Assembly: GCA_050084515.1 (NCBI GenBank)
Contig: CM114271.1
Span: 15,376,001 to 15,440,000 of the forward strand
Direction of reading: 5' to 3'
Source: Blasia pusilla
Lineage: Eukaryota
Length of the DNA stretch: 64,000 nt
The notes beneath the pieces were generated by a model. That model was not told the DNA's origin, did no database searches, and worked only from the letters and a program-made list of their open reading frames with translations. Numbering within the stretch: position 1 is the stretch's first letter; every line of letters starts with the position of its first letter. This document shows positions 12,386-25,889 of this stretch, one piece after another. A program made the position numbers and the translations under genes.

Positions 12386-14085
12386 ATATGGGGCTCTTAA
12401 GTTGCCTTCCCATGATGTGTAAACCTTACAATTGCGAGATGAAACATTTTTCTAACAAAATATGAAGGAAAATGTGATGAATGATTAATATGTCCCACAA
12501 TAAAACCCACCAAGACCTTGGTCATTTTTACGCCTTATAATTTTGGTCATAGAAAATTAAGTGAAGCCCCAAGAATAGCTCGACCTAAAGCCCATGGGTG
12601 GGGCCCCTTAAAATGTTAGCTTGTTCATATGTATTAAGTCATTTTTCTTGATTAGTCTTGGGACCACCCATCTCCTACCAATCTTATTGTTATTATAAAA
12701 TCAACACTCGCATGCAGATATTCTTCCCTTTGTATGACTCAAATATTGTATCCTTCATCATGTGAGGACAAATCTATTGAATTCCTCAATTCCAAACTTT
12801 GAGCCAAATCAAATTACCTCTGCTCCTTCTCGAATTTTTCAATCTATATGCAAATTTGCTTCATCAGCTCTACATTTCCCTTCTAGTGTTTTTGCATGCT
12901 TTTTACATCAAGACTCAACTCTCTTTGAATTTGTGACTTTTGTAGTCGAGCATAGACCTTTAACAAGCATGGTTCCAATCTTTTTCCTATATTAAGCTTT
13001 CTGGCAAGCATGTAGGTAGAAATTCTGCAAATGGCAACAACAACATTTGGTTAGTTCAAATGGTGTGAGTGCCCAATGCCCATGTCAGAGCTAGATAGCG
13101 TGACCAATAGACATAGCATTGCAAACCTCCAAGAATGAGAGAAGTAAAAGTCCCACGAGGGTAAAGGTGAGTGGTTACATGTGTAGTTGTGCTTATAGAT
13201 TGTCAGTGATAGTAACGATGGGAAGATTACATAAATAGTGCATAATTATGAAGTCTCAAGAGATTATCAGATTTGCAATTGTTATGTTCATGTTGGTGAA
13301 GGTTGAAACTTAAAGGTCAAGTTTTCTCTCAAACAGAGAGAGTTATCGCCTCCAATCTATTTGAGGTCCATCAAAGCTTCTCTAAAGAACATTGAAAAAT
13401 TGGGAAATTTTGTATGTTCAAGATATGTTCTTCAAAGAGTGATTTGTTCATGATTTTCTTTCTCATTACTTACTCTAGAACTTTCCTCTCACATTATATA
13501 ATTGACACATGTTGTACCTTGCTTGGCCAAGGCTTTTGCAAAAGTCAAGACTACTTGAGCGGCACATTCAACCATGAAAAAGGAAAGTCCAAAATAGATC
13601 CATAGGGATTGACATACACAAACTTAAACTCTTAGAATTCCATATTTTTAGAAACTTGAGATTTACCAAGACTCTTGATTAAATAATTATAATTAGAGAG
13701 ATTATGCCCATATGGTAAGAAATAAATTGTCATCATTCATTCCTTCTATGTTTCTCACCATCATTTGTGAGATGAGGTTGGAGGCGATAACAACCTTTCT
13801 TCCCTTTCTTGAATGGGTAGACTTCTCTTTGACATCATAAGAAGAAGGATTTGTAATAAGTTCTACATAAAGTAAGACTCCACTATATGGAGTTTCCCAA
13901 GTGTATATCGAAGGGGACCTTAAACGGGAAATGAACATTATAGTGGATTCTATCCAATCATGCATCGATGTTTTGAATGAGAATGCCCAATGAGAGTGTG
14001 GAAAAGGGTCCACTGAGACATTCTTGATATGGTGGGACAAGGACTTCTACATATCCACAATGATGATTAAGACCATCGAGCATGG

Positions 14086-14259
14086 TGTCGTGCACATACA
14101 TATCGCTACACAACATACATCGCTGTCACCGAATATACAGACAAATATACAAGATCCCATGCTAACTCGTGGAATCCACACAATGAGACGAGAAGTACCA
14201 AAATATCTCCAATTAAATCAATAAAATCTCTCCATCACAACAAAGTCTCACATGGTGTG

Positions 14260-14355
<96 letters not shown>

Positions 14356-14799
14356 AAACCAAACCCACTCTCCTAATGATAAATTTGGGTTATACACACA
14401 AGGCAAGGAGGACCATAGCTTTGTCGCCTCATGCCAAGAGGTTCAACAAAGAGAAAATGAGCTATCAAACTCTCTCTCTCTTAGAGGTATATCCCCTTCC
14501 CTCTCCCAAGCCCTCACCACGGTAACATATGCTTGCAAGTCACCTCCTTCGCTCTTTACCTGCAGTAGCGGGTCAATAGCTACTTCCAAAAGTAGATAGT
14601 CAACTATACTAAAATTGGTAATTTGCCCAAACTAGTAAGTTACTAAATATTGCTCCAAATGAGCCGAAATGAAACAGAAACCTACTCTCTCAGGTTACCC
14701 GTGGCCTCAGTAGGACATCCTTGACCACTTGAGGGTGTCCTCCAATATCTCCAAACGCGATCTACTATATCTCGTCAATCTATCCCAACACACATGACG
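14086..14799 (-). mobile_element. Ty3/gypsy-family LTR (solo-like) containing a (CT)n tract at 14262-14352
   Basis: Colinear with 47636-48270. Its terminus TGTCGTGC...CAACATACATCGCTG is the reverse complement of the end of the gypsy 3' LTR at 63130-63171. Confidence 0.75.
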
Positions 14800-15523
14800 G
14801 TTTTCGTGTGCATATACATCGTTGTCATCGAACATACACACAAACATACACAATCCCATGCTAATTCGATCATGAAATACACACAATGAGGAGACACATG
14901 ATTATTGTTGGACCATGTATATAACAATAAACAAGCAAGATAGATGTTCCAAACTCCACTATAAACTTTGTTGGTGGTGGAGAAGGAGGGATAGATTAGG
15001 AAATTCCATGCACCTTAGGTGTAGATATAGGTCGGAGCAATGTGGTTTTAGAGATGCATATGCCCATAAACTATGGTACAAAGTAATATATGGTGCGAAT
15101 TTGGCCTAGGGATATGTGGATGCTTTTTGAGAGGGATGAACCCAGGGTTGGGGGAAAGAATTAAAAACTCATAAATATCCATGTATCATGTACTCTACAA
15201 TGTTCAACCAACGCTCTTGCATGGAATAAATCTCAGCCTCTACAAGAAGCCATTTACCCCTTAGCATAATTGTTGATGTAAATATCTTAAATATAACACT
15301 TTCCATATCCATTGGCTATTTATGTAAGAAATAATTAATCCATCTAGAGTTCCCTTGGATTGGAAGAAGGAGATCCTTATGGATACGAAATCAAACATGA
15401 GGGTATATGTAGTTGAGGTGATCAGTCACCATGAGCAAGCACTTCCACTCTCTACCATGATGAGCCAATGTCACTAGCTTATTCATCTCGCAAGAGAGAT
15501 AGGCCTTACTGGTCTCTTCCATA

Positions 15524-15761
15524 TATTGAAGACAAAGTTATATTCAAGTTCATTAGACATAGGAACTACTACATTTGGTACTCACATGAAGTATGAAAGC
15601 TTAATCTTGGTTATTTACTTAAACATGATTATCTTAACTAGGTTTAATTAGCTTTAGTTATTATAACTTAAGATCATGGTTGGGGTTAAGATTTCTTATA
15701 CATACCTTATGTGTATGAAAGTTTTATTCTATCAATCATGCTTGCTTAGCAATTTTTTACA
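15524..15761 (+). mobile_element. Solo LTR of the copia family at 18893-24196, internally deleted
   Basis: Starts TATTGAAGA, shares AACTACTACATTTGGTACTCACA..AAGCTTAATCTTGGTTA and ends GCAATTTTTTACA. Flanked by a 5-bp TSD CCATA/CCATG. Confidence 0.8.
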
Positions 15762-18700
15762 CCATGTATGGTCAAGATTGTTAGAAAAGCAAGCAAGAGT
15801 GGAAGGGAGCATAGCAAAACTTACCTCTTGTTAGAGGCAATGTTATATGCTCTTTCACAAGTATAGGGTCTCTTGCATGTAACAACATATCTTATAAGTT
15901 AAAAAACCTTGAAAATTGGTGGATCTGAGGACTTAGGGAAGGAGGAGGGTTCTTTATATGAGGCACAAATATCTACTAAATTGACATACGTAAGATTCTT
16001 TCATGCTCTTATGAGTATGATTATAAAATAATGGGTGTGTTTAGATGAATATGTTGTTGTGATATTGAGTTAGAAGTATTAGTAGGTTTTCTAGCTAATG
16101 CTTCTTAATATCCCTATTTTCATATGTAGATGCCAGACATGTCAGCATGCCAAAGGGCGAGGGAGGACTTGTCATCATTCCCTCAATTCAATAATGACAT
16201 ATTTGAGTATGTCAAGGACCTTCTACCACTCACTACCTCCTACATCCAACTCTATCATGGGGGATTGTCACTTCCACCAACTAGGATTTAATAATTGGGG
16301 AACTTGAATATCCAACTATATGTGGTGTGTTGTTCTTTAAGCAAGAGTCTTATGTATTTGTCCACAATGAAAACTTTGTATTCAATGTACAGGGATTGTG
16401 GAGGATATTTTGAAGATAGATGTACTTCCATTCCTTTCGATGAACCAATGTGCAATGTAGGTGGTATTAAATACTACTACAAGGCCCATTACCCTCAATT
16501 CTAACTAACAAGGGCAACATTACATAAGTGGACTCTTAAATTTTAAAAGAGATTACCATGATGAAGATTATTCATTTCGTTCCTATCTCAAGTGGAACGC
16601 ATATTTTATATAGGCTCCAAGACACAGATGGATGGAGATAGGGAGTACCATAAATTCACGGGAATATATGTGCATTGTAGGATATAAATGCTAGTAATAG
16701 AGAGGTTGTAGACTATGGGGATGCCACAATATCATGGAATTAAAGTTCTTGACATAATAAGGAATATATTTTGTTGAAGTTAATTATAAAATACTTCCAC
16801 ACATGCTTGATAAACACAAATTAAATATGAGCATTTCCTCTTCCATCTATGCATGCCAAAAGTTATGGCACACATTGACATCCAAGGATAATATCATAGA
16901 ATTATACATAAGCCTTGTATTTATATCATCTTTGTATAACAAGGATACTAACCACTAAACAATAATGCACGTAACCCCCTCTAACAAGTTTAAAATAACA
17001 TCTGACATATGTAAGAATATTCTACTTATTGGATGGTCTTGTTGTATTGGAATCTTTTTAATTTCTAAATATATGTACACATGTCTAGCTTGAATATGGC
17101 ACATGATATGTACTCGTCTTCCATTCTTCTTATCCCACCATATTATGGTGTATGAAGTCCTCAATCTTTAAGTCATGGGTTTTTTTTATAATGCTTAACA
17201 TTTTTCTTTACAATACAACTACAATAAGAAATGTTTAAGCTCAAATTGTGTATTTAAGATATTGAACATGTGATAAATTACGTAAGTAGAGTCTTCCTCC
17301 ATCGTAAAGACATTTGAGAACTTGAGTGACTATTTATAGAGGAGGGTGTTGAGTTCTTCGAGTCTGACAAGCCATGAGTTCACAATGATTTATCATCAGG
17401 CCTGTATTACGTCCATCTACATGTTGGAGGGCGAGGTAATTAGACACATTATTTTGGAATCATAAGGACTCTATATTAGAGAATTCTACACTTAAGCTAA
17501 ACCAAACTAATAATGATAATCGTATGGATGAGTTGGTGGTAGTATTTTTTGAAGGTTCTTGGTTCTTCTATATGTGGCACATATTCACTTTGTTTCAATC
17601 CTCCAACCTTTGTATACATTCTACCAATGGCAACTTTGCTATCACATTTATTCCAAAATTGGATGACGTCCTTCTCATCCTGACTCTTTGCACCTCTAAG
17701 ATCATCCACTTCAACCTTATCATCATACCCACCTACATCTCTTGACCACCCGAATATCGATTTTGCATATGGAACAAGGGAGAAAAGACTTCTTGGACAT
17801 CCTCTAAATCTTACACGTTTTTCATTCATATTAAGGTGTTGCTCCATCACACTCCACTTACCCTTTGAATTATCATCTATGTTGGAAAGACCAAGTGTTA
17901 AAATAAATTTTGCAAATTAAAATCCATGAACTTCTAAAGCACCCAAAGAAGAGTATAAAAATAAGATGGCGAGTTCAAGTTGTACATTTGAGAGTCCATT
18001 TCCCGACAAAATCAACAAGCAAAAAATTTAATGTATGCAAGTTATAACCAATTTGCATTCACAAAATGTCTAGCAAGTCCTATGTGGCTCGAATGACTCA
18101 CAAATAAGGAACACTAACGAACTACAAAAGAGAGATATACACCCAAAAATGAGCATAGTCAGAGTACAACAACATAGTCAGAGCAACATACTTATAAGAC
18201 AATCTTAGAAAAGTCACTTGCAAAAGAGAAGTCTTAGTATACTTACAAAGTAGTACTCCATGTCAAGAAAGGATTCGCAAAACCGCGATGGGCAACCCCT
18301 TATCCCCATTAGTGCTTGTAAGATTGTGATTAATATGTAACTAACTTTCCCAACATAATGGCCTTTTCAATTAAAACACTTCAAATTTGTCGCCATACTT
18401 GTCAAAATGCATGTGCAATATACTTAAGTCTCATTAACACATGTTTTTTTTTGGGCGGTTATTGGATATCAGTTTTTGTATTAATCTGCATTTTTTTCCA
18501 ATTCATTTTTTTCTTAATTCTATGGAATAAAATAATATTTCATTATTCCGTTATAAGTCTTCAATTTGAAAAATTAGAAAAAATAAGCTTCCTTCTTTCA
18601 AATAGATGGGATTACTTAATGTTTTGTTTACACATATTTGCATGCAATTCACTCTACATTGGCATTCCTATTGCTCTTTGCCCCATCTCCCAACAAGCGT

Positions 18701-18892
18701 TATTTTTTCCATTTAAAAGGTAAGTGCGTGATCCCATATATATTAATGTTTGCTATCCCCTATTGTTCTTCCCACAATGGCTTTTAGTCCTTCCTCCAAG
18801 GGTTGGTGCGACGGATCATCGTAAAACCTCCACACGTATTCAACGCTTTATGTTTGGAGATTGGGAGAATCTTTAGAATGAGCATTTATTTT

Positions 18893-21800
18893 TATTGAAG
18901 ATTGAGTTACAGTCAAATTCATGAAATACCTGAACTACTATATTTGGTACTCACACGAAGTAGGGAAGCTTAATCTTGGTTAGTCAATTAAGCCCAATTA
19001 TCTTAACTAGGGTTAGTTAATCACAATTAGTCAAACTCGAGACTATGGTTAAGGTTAGGGTTAGGATTGCTTGTACATACCCTATATAATTGAGAAGGAG
19101 ACCAACTTCCACTCATTCTCTCATTGCAAATTTTTTTCTCCATGGTGGTGTGTAAGTGTGAGAGTCGTTTTCCACCAATTATGCTTCTTTAGCAATTTTC
19201 CACATGGTACCAGAGTGATAGGAGAACATTACTTGAAATTCTTAATGTTTGAAGAGAGAAGAGAGGCAAGAGAAGGAAAATTTTCAGTTTGGGAGAAGGA
19301 AATTTTGTTCAAAGCTTAGTGGATGCAGATTTCACGTGGAGTTTGACAATGATAAAACTTTGGAGGCATTTTTTAGGGCTTTCCCGATCGATTCAGCCAT
19401 CTGGGTCCACAACGGCTAGAACAACGTCAAAGACTTGTTCTAGCCGTCTTGGAGAGCTTGTCAAGAGCTTTCCAACGCATCCAAAATTACTCAATTTTGA
19501 CATTTTGAGCTCATGCAGTAGCAATTTAAATGTAGAAAAGTGCAATTAGTGAAGAAAAGTTGTGCAGTTTGCTCTCTATAGGCCAATTTCGACAAGTTCT
19601 TTCATACAATTGATCAATTTTGGCAAATTTCATGTCGATTTATGCATGTGTAGAAGTGGTCTATGCTTCAATTGGAGCAATGGAGAGCCTGAAATTATAT
19701 TTTTATGAGTGAAATCGTTCGTCATGGAGTATCCCTCAACAACAATCATATGCAAGAAGCTAGATAAGCAAAATTACAATGTTTGGAAATTTCGCATGAA
19801 ACAATTTCTCATGGATCAAGAACTATGGGAGTTTGTCACAGGTGATGAGGCCAAGCCAAAAGATGACTGAATAGACTTGAATGTTCGCGCCTGGAATAAA
19901 CGCGTAAGGCAAGTAATCCATTACATTTCAATAACGATCGATTCACTAATGATAGGTCAGATTCAAGATGTTGATATTTTGAAGGAGACTTGGGATGCAT
20001 AGGAAAAGTTGTTATAGACATCTAGAAAGGCCAGAAAGCTTCAATTGAAATAGCAATTGAACGAAATGAGGAAAGGATCGTAGAGCATCAATGATTATAT
20101 TTTGAATATCAGACATATTGTTGATCAGTTGAATAGCATTGAAGTGACAGTAGAAGATGATGATCTGATTTTGTTCGCTCTTTAAGGCCTTCCAAAGGAT
20201 TACAAGTCCTCTGAGACCTCTATTTGTATGAGAGAAAAATATCCAACCTATCAAGAGTTAGTCCCATTGTTAATCAATGAAGAGATGCGCCTAGTAGGCA
20301 ACGATAGCTCGTCTAATCTGCAAGAGAGTGCGATATTTGCAGGTTATGGATCAAACAGAGGCAGGTGTCGTGGCAGAAGCTTTCGTGGTCGTGGTGGATA
20401 TCAAGCATATGGAGGAAGAGACACTCAATATAACATCTCTCAATCAACTATGAACCAGTACCAAACATAATCACAAGGTGGTGATGGTGGAAACCGTTGG
20501 GATCGAGATCAGATGTAGAGGTCCTTGGATCTTGGAATTACTGTGGGATAAAGGATCACTATGCAAAGTTTTGCTTTAAAGAGAAGGCAGATATGAGAAC
20601 AAGAGCCTTATAACAATAAAACTATGTGGAACAACAACACCAAGGGCAGTACCAAGAACAATAACATTCACAAACGGAGCATCTTTTGGTCATGACTCAT
20701 CATATGGGAGCAATGGTCAAGAAAGACTCGACGGCAGATTGGTACATTGACTCTGGTGCATCAAATCAGATAACCTCACAAGCTAAATGGTTCAGTAGTT
20801 TGGAGACGATGAAAGATCCTACAATTGTGCTCATATGAGATGACACTCACCATCATATCACGCATACCGATAAAGTTCTAATAGCATTAGATGGTCTTTG
20901 TGCTCTTGGAAATGTTCTCTATGTTCCTACCATTGCAAGAAACTTGATCTCTGTAGGAGAGATAGTAGAGCACAGTTATCAAGTGAAGTTTAACATAGAT
21001 GGCTGTTTCATTGAAATAATGGATAAGTAGACTACAATACCTAAAGGAACTAGATCTGGAAGAATATTTAAATAAGATGTTTCTATGTCAGAGATTCAAA
21101 CAACAATATATGGTCAAACCGACCAACAAGTCGCAGATCTAAATGTGTGGCACAAGAGAATTGGACATATGAATCTTCAAAGATTACGGAGTCTTTCATC
21201 ATCTAATATAGTAATAGAACTTCCTAAATTAGCGAGTCCTGCTACGTTAGAGATATGTCTTACTTGCCAATTAGGAGAACAAGCTAGATTTTCTTTTCCA
21301 AAGTAAGGTAGAAGAGCATCCAAGATATTGGAGTTGATCCACACTGATGTGTGGACAACATTACAACATAGCGTTAGTGGTTTCCAGTACTTTATTTCAT
21401 TTATTGATGACTTCTCTAGATATATGTGGGTAAATTTTCTAAAAGCCAAGTCAGAGGTATTCTCAGTGTTCCAGACATTCAAAGTTCTAGTAGAGAAGCA
21501 GACTGGAGAAGACATTCTGAAATTACGTTGTGATGGAGGAGGAGAGTATCTTTCAACAGAGTTTGATGACTATTTACGTCAGAATGGCATCCAACGTCAA
21601 GTGACTTGCCGTTACACTCCAAAAAAAAATGAAGTGGCTGAGAGGAAGAATCGACATATTGCTGAAGCGGCACGAGCTATGCTGAATGAGAAGAACATGC
21701 TTAAGGTGTATTGGGTAGAGGTTGTAGCGTATGCAATCTTCTTAATCAACCGAACTCCAACAGCAGGAGTTCTTGATAAGACTCCATTCAAATTCTTCAC

Positions 21801-24196
21801 AAGAAGTAAACCTGATTTTTTCTTCCTAAAAGTATTTGGTTGTATTTGTTATGCTCATGTTCCTTGTGAAAGACGTCAGAAATTAGATCCCAAATCTGAA
21901 AGATATATATTCATTGGCTACGCTGATAGAACTAAGGGATATAAGTGCTACATTCCATCCTGTAGGGAGCTTATTATTAGTTGCGATATTATCTTTGATG
22001 GGCTAAAGTCATGGTATGCTCCATCTGAGCCTATTCCACCTCTAAACTCGTCTGTTGAGGGGCAGAATATGATTGTAAATCAACACGGCTTGCCTTCAAA
22101 TTTCTGAAGTATTAGTGAAGGATTAGGGGAGGTCCTAGATTTGTTAGTTAAATCTGTGAGTCCATAGACGGGAAGAGTATGTATTGAGTCTGTTCACACT
22201 AGTCAGAGCTCGACTCAGATGATATAGGCATCTACCTCTGAACAACAACTTCGTAGATCAAGTAGAGGTACACATCCAGTACATAGATTCATAAATGAAG
22301 GTTTTCTTGCGACACATCATGCATATATGATAAGTATCCTTCAAGAATAGAAGCCGAGTTGTTTTGAAGAAGCTGCAAGTAAAATCGAATGGATTGAAGC
22401 TATGGAAGAAGAGCTTGCTGCATTAAGACATCAACAGACATAGGAGCAAGTTGATATACCTTCCGGTAAGGAAGCTATTGGTTACAAATGGGTTTAGAAA
22501 ATCAAGCGCAATCAAGATGATACAATTGACAGATACAAAGCGAGATTGGTGGTTTAGGGCTATGCACAATAATATGGCATCGATTATGAGCAAATTTGTA
22601 GCCTTGTTGCAAAGATGGCGACTACGAGAACAATGGTTGCAGTTTTAGTAAGTAAGAAGGGGAGATTACATCACATGGATGTCAAGAATGTCTTCTTGAA
22701 TGGAGATCTATACGAGGAGGTATATATGACTCAACCACTTGGATAGGAGCAGCCCAAGTTTCCATTTTGCGTATGCAGATTGAAGAAAGCTCTATACGGA
22801 CTCAAACAAGCTTCAAGAGCTTGGTATGGCAAAATTACATACGTCCTACAAGAGTTGAGTTTTAGAGTATGTGATTCTGACTCTTCGTTATATATCTTGA
22901 GAGAACAGGATCATACGGTTCTCATTGTGTTGTATGTTGACGATCTCCTGATTACTAGGAGTAGTGAAGAAATGATACAACAAGTTGAGCTAAAATTACA
23001 AGGAAAATTTGATATAAAGGACTTGGGAGAACTGAAGTACTTCCTTGGTATTGAGTTTATCAAGGTTGGAGAGAGCATGTGGTTACTACAACGACAATAT
23101 GTTCTTTACATGCTTTCAAAATATGATATGACGGCTTGTAATCCAATCTCTACACCGTTGGACCATAGTGTGAAGTTAAGAGTGGATGAAGGAGAGTTGC
23201 TCTAATATGTACATGCATATGGTTGGAAGTTTGATCTATCTAATTATAACCAGGCCAGATTTGAGGTATGTTGTTGGCCTAGTGAGCCAATTTTAGCAAG
23301 CACCTCGAAAACCTCATCTTGATGTTGTGAAGGGGATTGTGCGGTATGTGAAATTCTCTGTTCAATTTGGGCTTCAATTTGAATCTTCTCCAAGTTTTCA
23401 ATTACATGGATTCACATATGCTCATTGGGCATGAAGCGTGTCTGATCGACACTCCACATCTGATTATTCATTTATTTTGGGAATCGCAGATATAAGTTGG
23501 GCTTCAAAGAAGCAACCTATAGTTGCTTTATCTTCATCAGAGGATGAATACACAGGAGCAATCAAGGCAGCATGTGAGGCGGTGTGGCTTCATTGATTAC
23601 TTTTTGAGATTGGTGTTAGTAACTTAGGACCTAGTGTAATATATGCAGACAATATTAGTAGCATCAAGCTTGCTAATAACCCTGTGTTTCGTGCTCGTAC
23701 AAATCATGTTGAGATGCACTATCATTTTATCGAGAGAAAGTGCTTTCTGGAGAAATTAATCTTGTGTATATATGTACAGATCAGCAAATTCCTGACATCT
23801 TTACAAAGGCATTTTCTAGACATAAGCTTGAGATGTTTAAAAATGATTTAGGCGTTAGAGATATTGATATGAGCTTGAGGGGGAGTATTGAAGATTAAGC
23901 TACAGTCAAGTTCATGAAACACCTGAACTACTACATTTGGTACTCACACGAAGTAGGGAAGCTTAATCTTGGTTAGTCAGTTAAGTGTGATTATCTTAAC
24001 TATGGTTAATTAATCACAATTAGTCTAACTCAAGACTATGGTTAAGGTTAGGGTTAGGGTTGCTTGTACATACCCTATATAATTGAGAAGGGGACCAACC
24101 TCCACTCATTCTCTCATTGCAAATTTTTTCTCCATGGTGGTGTGTGAGTGTGAGAGTCATTTCGCACCAGTTATGCTTATTTGGCAGTTTTCCACA
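18893..24196 (+). mobile_element. Full-length but decayed Ty1/copia LTR retrotransposon; 5' LTR 18893-19204, 3' LTR 23886-24196
   Basis: Paired ~312-bp LTRs, PBS TGGTACCAGAG (tRNA-iMet type) at 19205, PPT GAGGGGGAG before 23886 and TSD ATTTT/ACTTT. Domains in copia order: gag (NYNVWKFRM from ATG 19724), protease WYIDSGAS, WHKRIGH, integrase IHTDVW/FIDDFSR/AERKNR, RT LYVDDLL and RNase H DNISSIKLANNPVF. Many stops. Confidence 0.95.
19724..23880 (+). pseudogene. Copia gag-pol pseudogene
   Basis: ORF fragments 20228-20470, 21085-21306, 21328-22107 and 22780-23205, separated by premature stops and frameshifts. Confidence 0.9.
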
Positions 24197-25800
24197 ACTT
24201 TGAGTAGAGACCTTAGTTACGGCTCATCCCACTCAAACATGCCAATCATGGGAGGACTTCACTACAACAATCCCTTCAACAAAGTCTAATTTTAGGGCAA
24301 GTTGGCGAGTTTTCACGTACGGCTCGAGCATTGAGTCCTCTCTCTCTCTATGGCGGTTCCAAGTGTGGACATAGTATCTCTCTTAGAAGCTCTTCACCGT
24401 CCTTGAAGTGGTGACGCACCAAATTTTCTAGAAGATTATATAACAGATCTTGACTTGGAGGTTTTCACAAGGGCTTTTCTCAATACTCCTCGCTTACCAA
24501 CAAGCGGGCTATTAGGGATGGTTTTTTATCATCTCCACGATTGCTTTATCCTAGTAGATTTAGCAAGTGGCTTTGTCCCTCATTTTTAAGGTGTGTGCAC
24601 ATATTGCGGCAGGTCGCTTCCCATTCTCTATCTCTACGCTCTTCGGGGCTTGTCATTTATTGGATATGGATAAGCCTCCTTCAGATGTCTGCTCTTTGGA
24701 TATTGGAGAGGTTTTATACCGCTTGGTTAGTTAATCCCTATGCTTGCAATTTTGTCCTCATTTTAATGCCCACTTATTTCCTCGTCACTTTGGAATGGCA
24801 ACCCCTTGTGGTTGTGGTTCCTGACATTTATTAGATTGGACTTTAAGTTTTAAGAAAGAGAGTTGCTCCACAAAATGGATATAAGCAGGAAGCACTTCAA
24901 AAGGAGGACCTCTAATGTGAGTATCATCAACAATACAAGAGAAACGACAAAATGGAAATGCTTTGGTTGATGCTCGGAGGGCAAAAAAATGTGTAATGGC
25001 AAAGAGTGGGCCACACATGGGATTGCCTTGACGCATGCCACAAGCTAATTGGAGAATACTATATTCCTTGGAAATAACATGATGAGAATAGATAATATGC
25101 AAGTCATAGGCATAGAAGGAGCTGAAAAATGGAACGAGACTCACAAGTTGTGCTCATACATAACGTAACTTCTAAATATGGCCGCATGAGAAACTAAATT
25201 GAATGTGTTAGCCAGATCAATTTGAATTGCTACCCACTCTAGATGAATATCAAGAGTGGAGTGAGTCCCATACACCACACCATGAACTTCATTTGTTACC
25301 TCATATAGGGGATCCTCAAGTGGCTTATGGGATGCTCCCAATTTTTTTCTACAAAATCCCTCCTACCTTCTTCGCACTTGTCCTCCTACTGCAGCGTTCT
25401 TACATTAGTTGGACTCTTTTGACGCTTCTATCTTGGCAACTTTCAGTCAACTTCTTTGCCCGAATACATTTGAGGGAGAGGATTCAATATCAATATGATC
25501 TATAATTGAGTAAAAATGGGTTAAGGCTCAATATAAAATTTTATAAATACTACTAGTTGCCATAAATTTCATCTAAGGGGCATCTAGTGTAATTTCTTAA
25601 GGAGCATTTAATTACATTATTGTGTCTAGTGGCATTCTATTTTTCATCACTAAAATTCAAGCCCATACACCTTTACTTTTTTTCTTGGATCTTGTTACTT
25701 ATGACTTTTTATTCTCATATTGGTTCTTACACATATTCATTTATTTTTGGACTTATTCCCCACCAATCTCTTTATTTTTCTTTTGCCATTTTCTTTTTCT

Positions 25801-25889
25801 GCTCGTACTATAGGATACACCGTTGGGCAAGAGCATGAAGGTAGGACATGGAGTGGCTCTTGCCCAACGGTGTATCCTACAGTACAAGC
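25801..25889. repeat. Fold-back inverted repeat (34-bp arms, 2 mismatches, 21-nt loop) at the truncated 3' end of CRE-like copy B
   Basis: GCTCGTACTATAGGATACACCGTTGGGCAAGAGC ... GCTCTTGCCCAACGGTGTATCCTACAGTACAAGC. Confidence 0.9.

Larger units (their letters stand above)
18652..25482 (+). mobile_element. Decayed CRE-like non-LTR retrotransposon copy A, split by the copia insertion (18893-24196) and carrying an internal inversion (~24817-25280)
   Basis: 18652-18892 plus 24197-24816 and ~25285-25482 are the reverse complement of copy B (28203 down to 26535). The segment 24817-25280 matches copy B in the same orientation. Confidence 0.8.

Noticed and set aside
14252..14599. ORFs with poly-SL tracts (also 11474-11749)
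   Set aside because: Translation artefacts of (CT)n microsatellites.
12400..18300. Possible CACTA-like transposase remnants (for example GIVEDILKID near 16390)
   Set aside because: Too decayed. There is no continuous motif series or terminus, so it is likely old TE DNA that I cannot assign.
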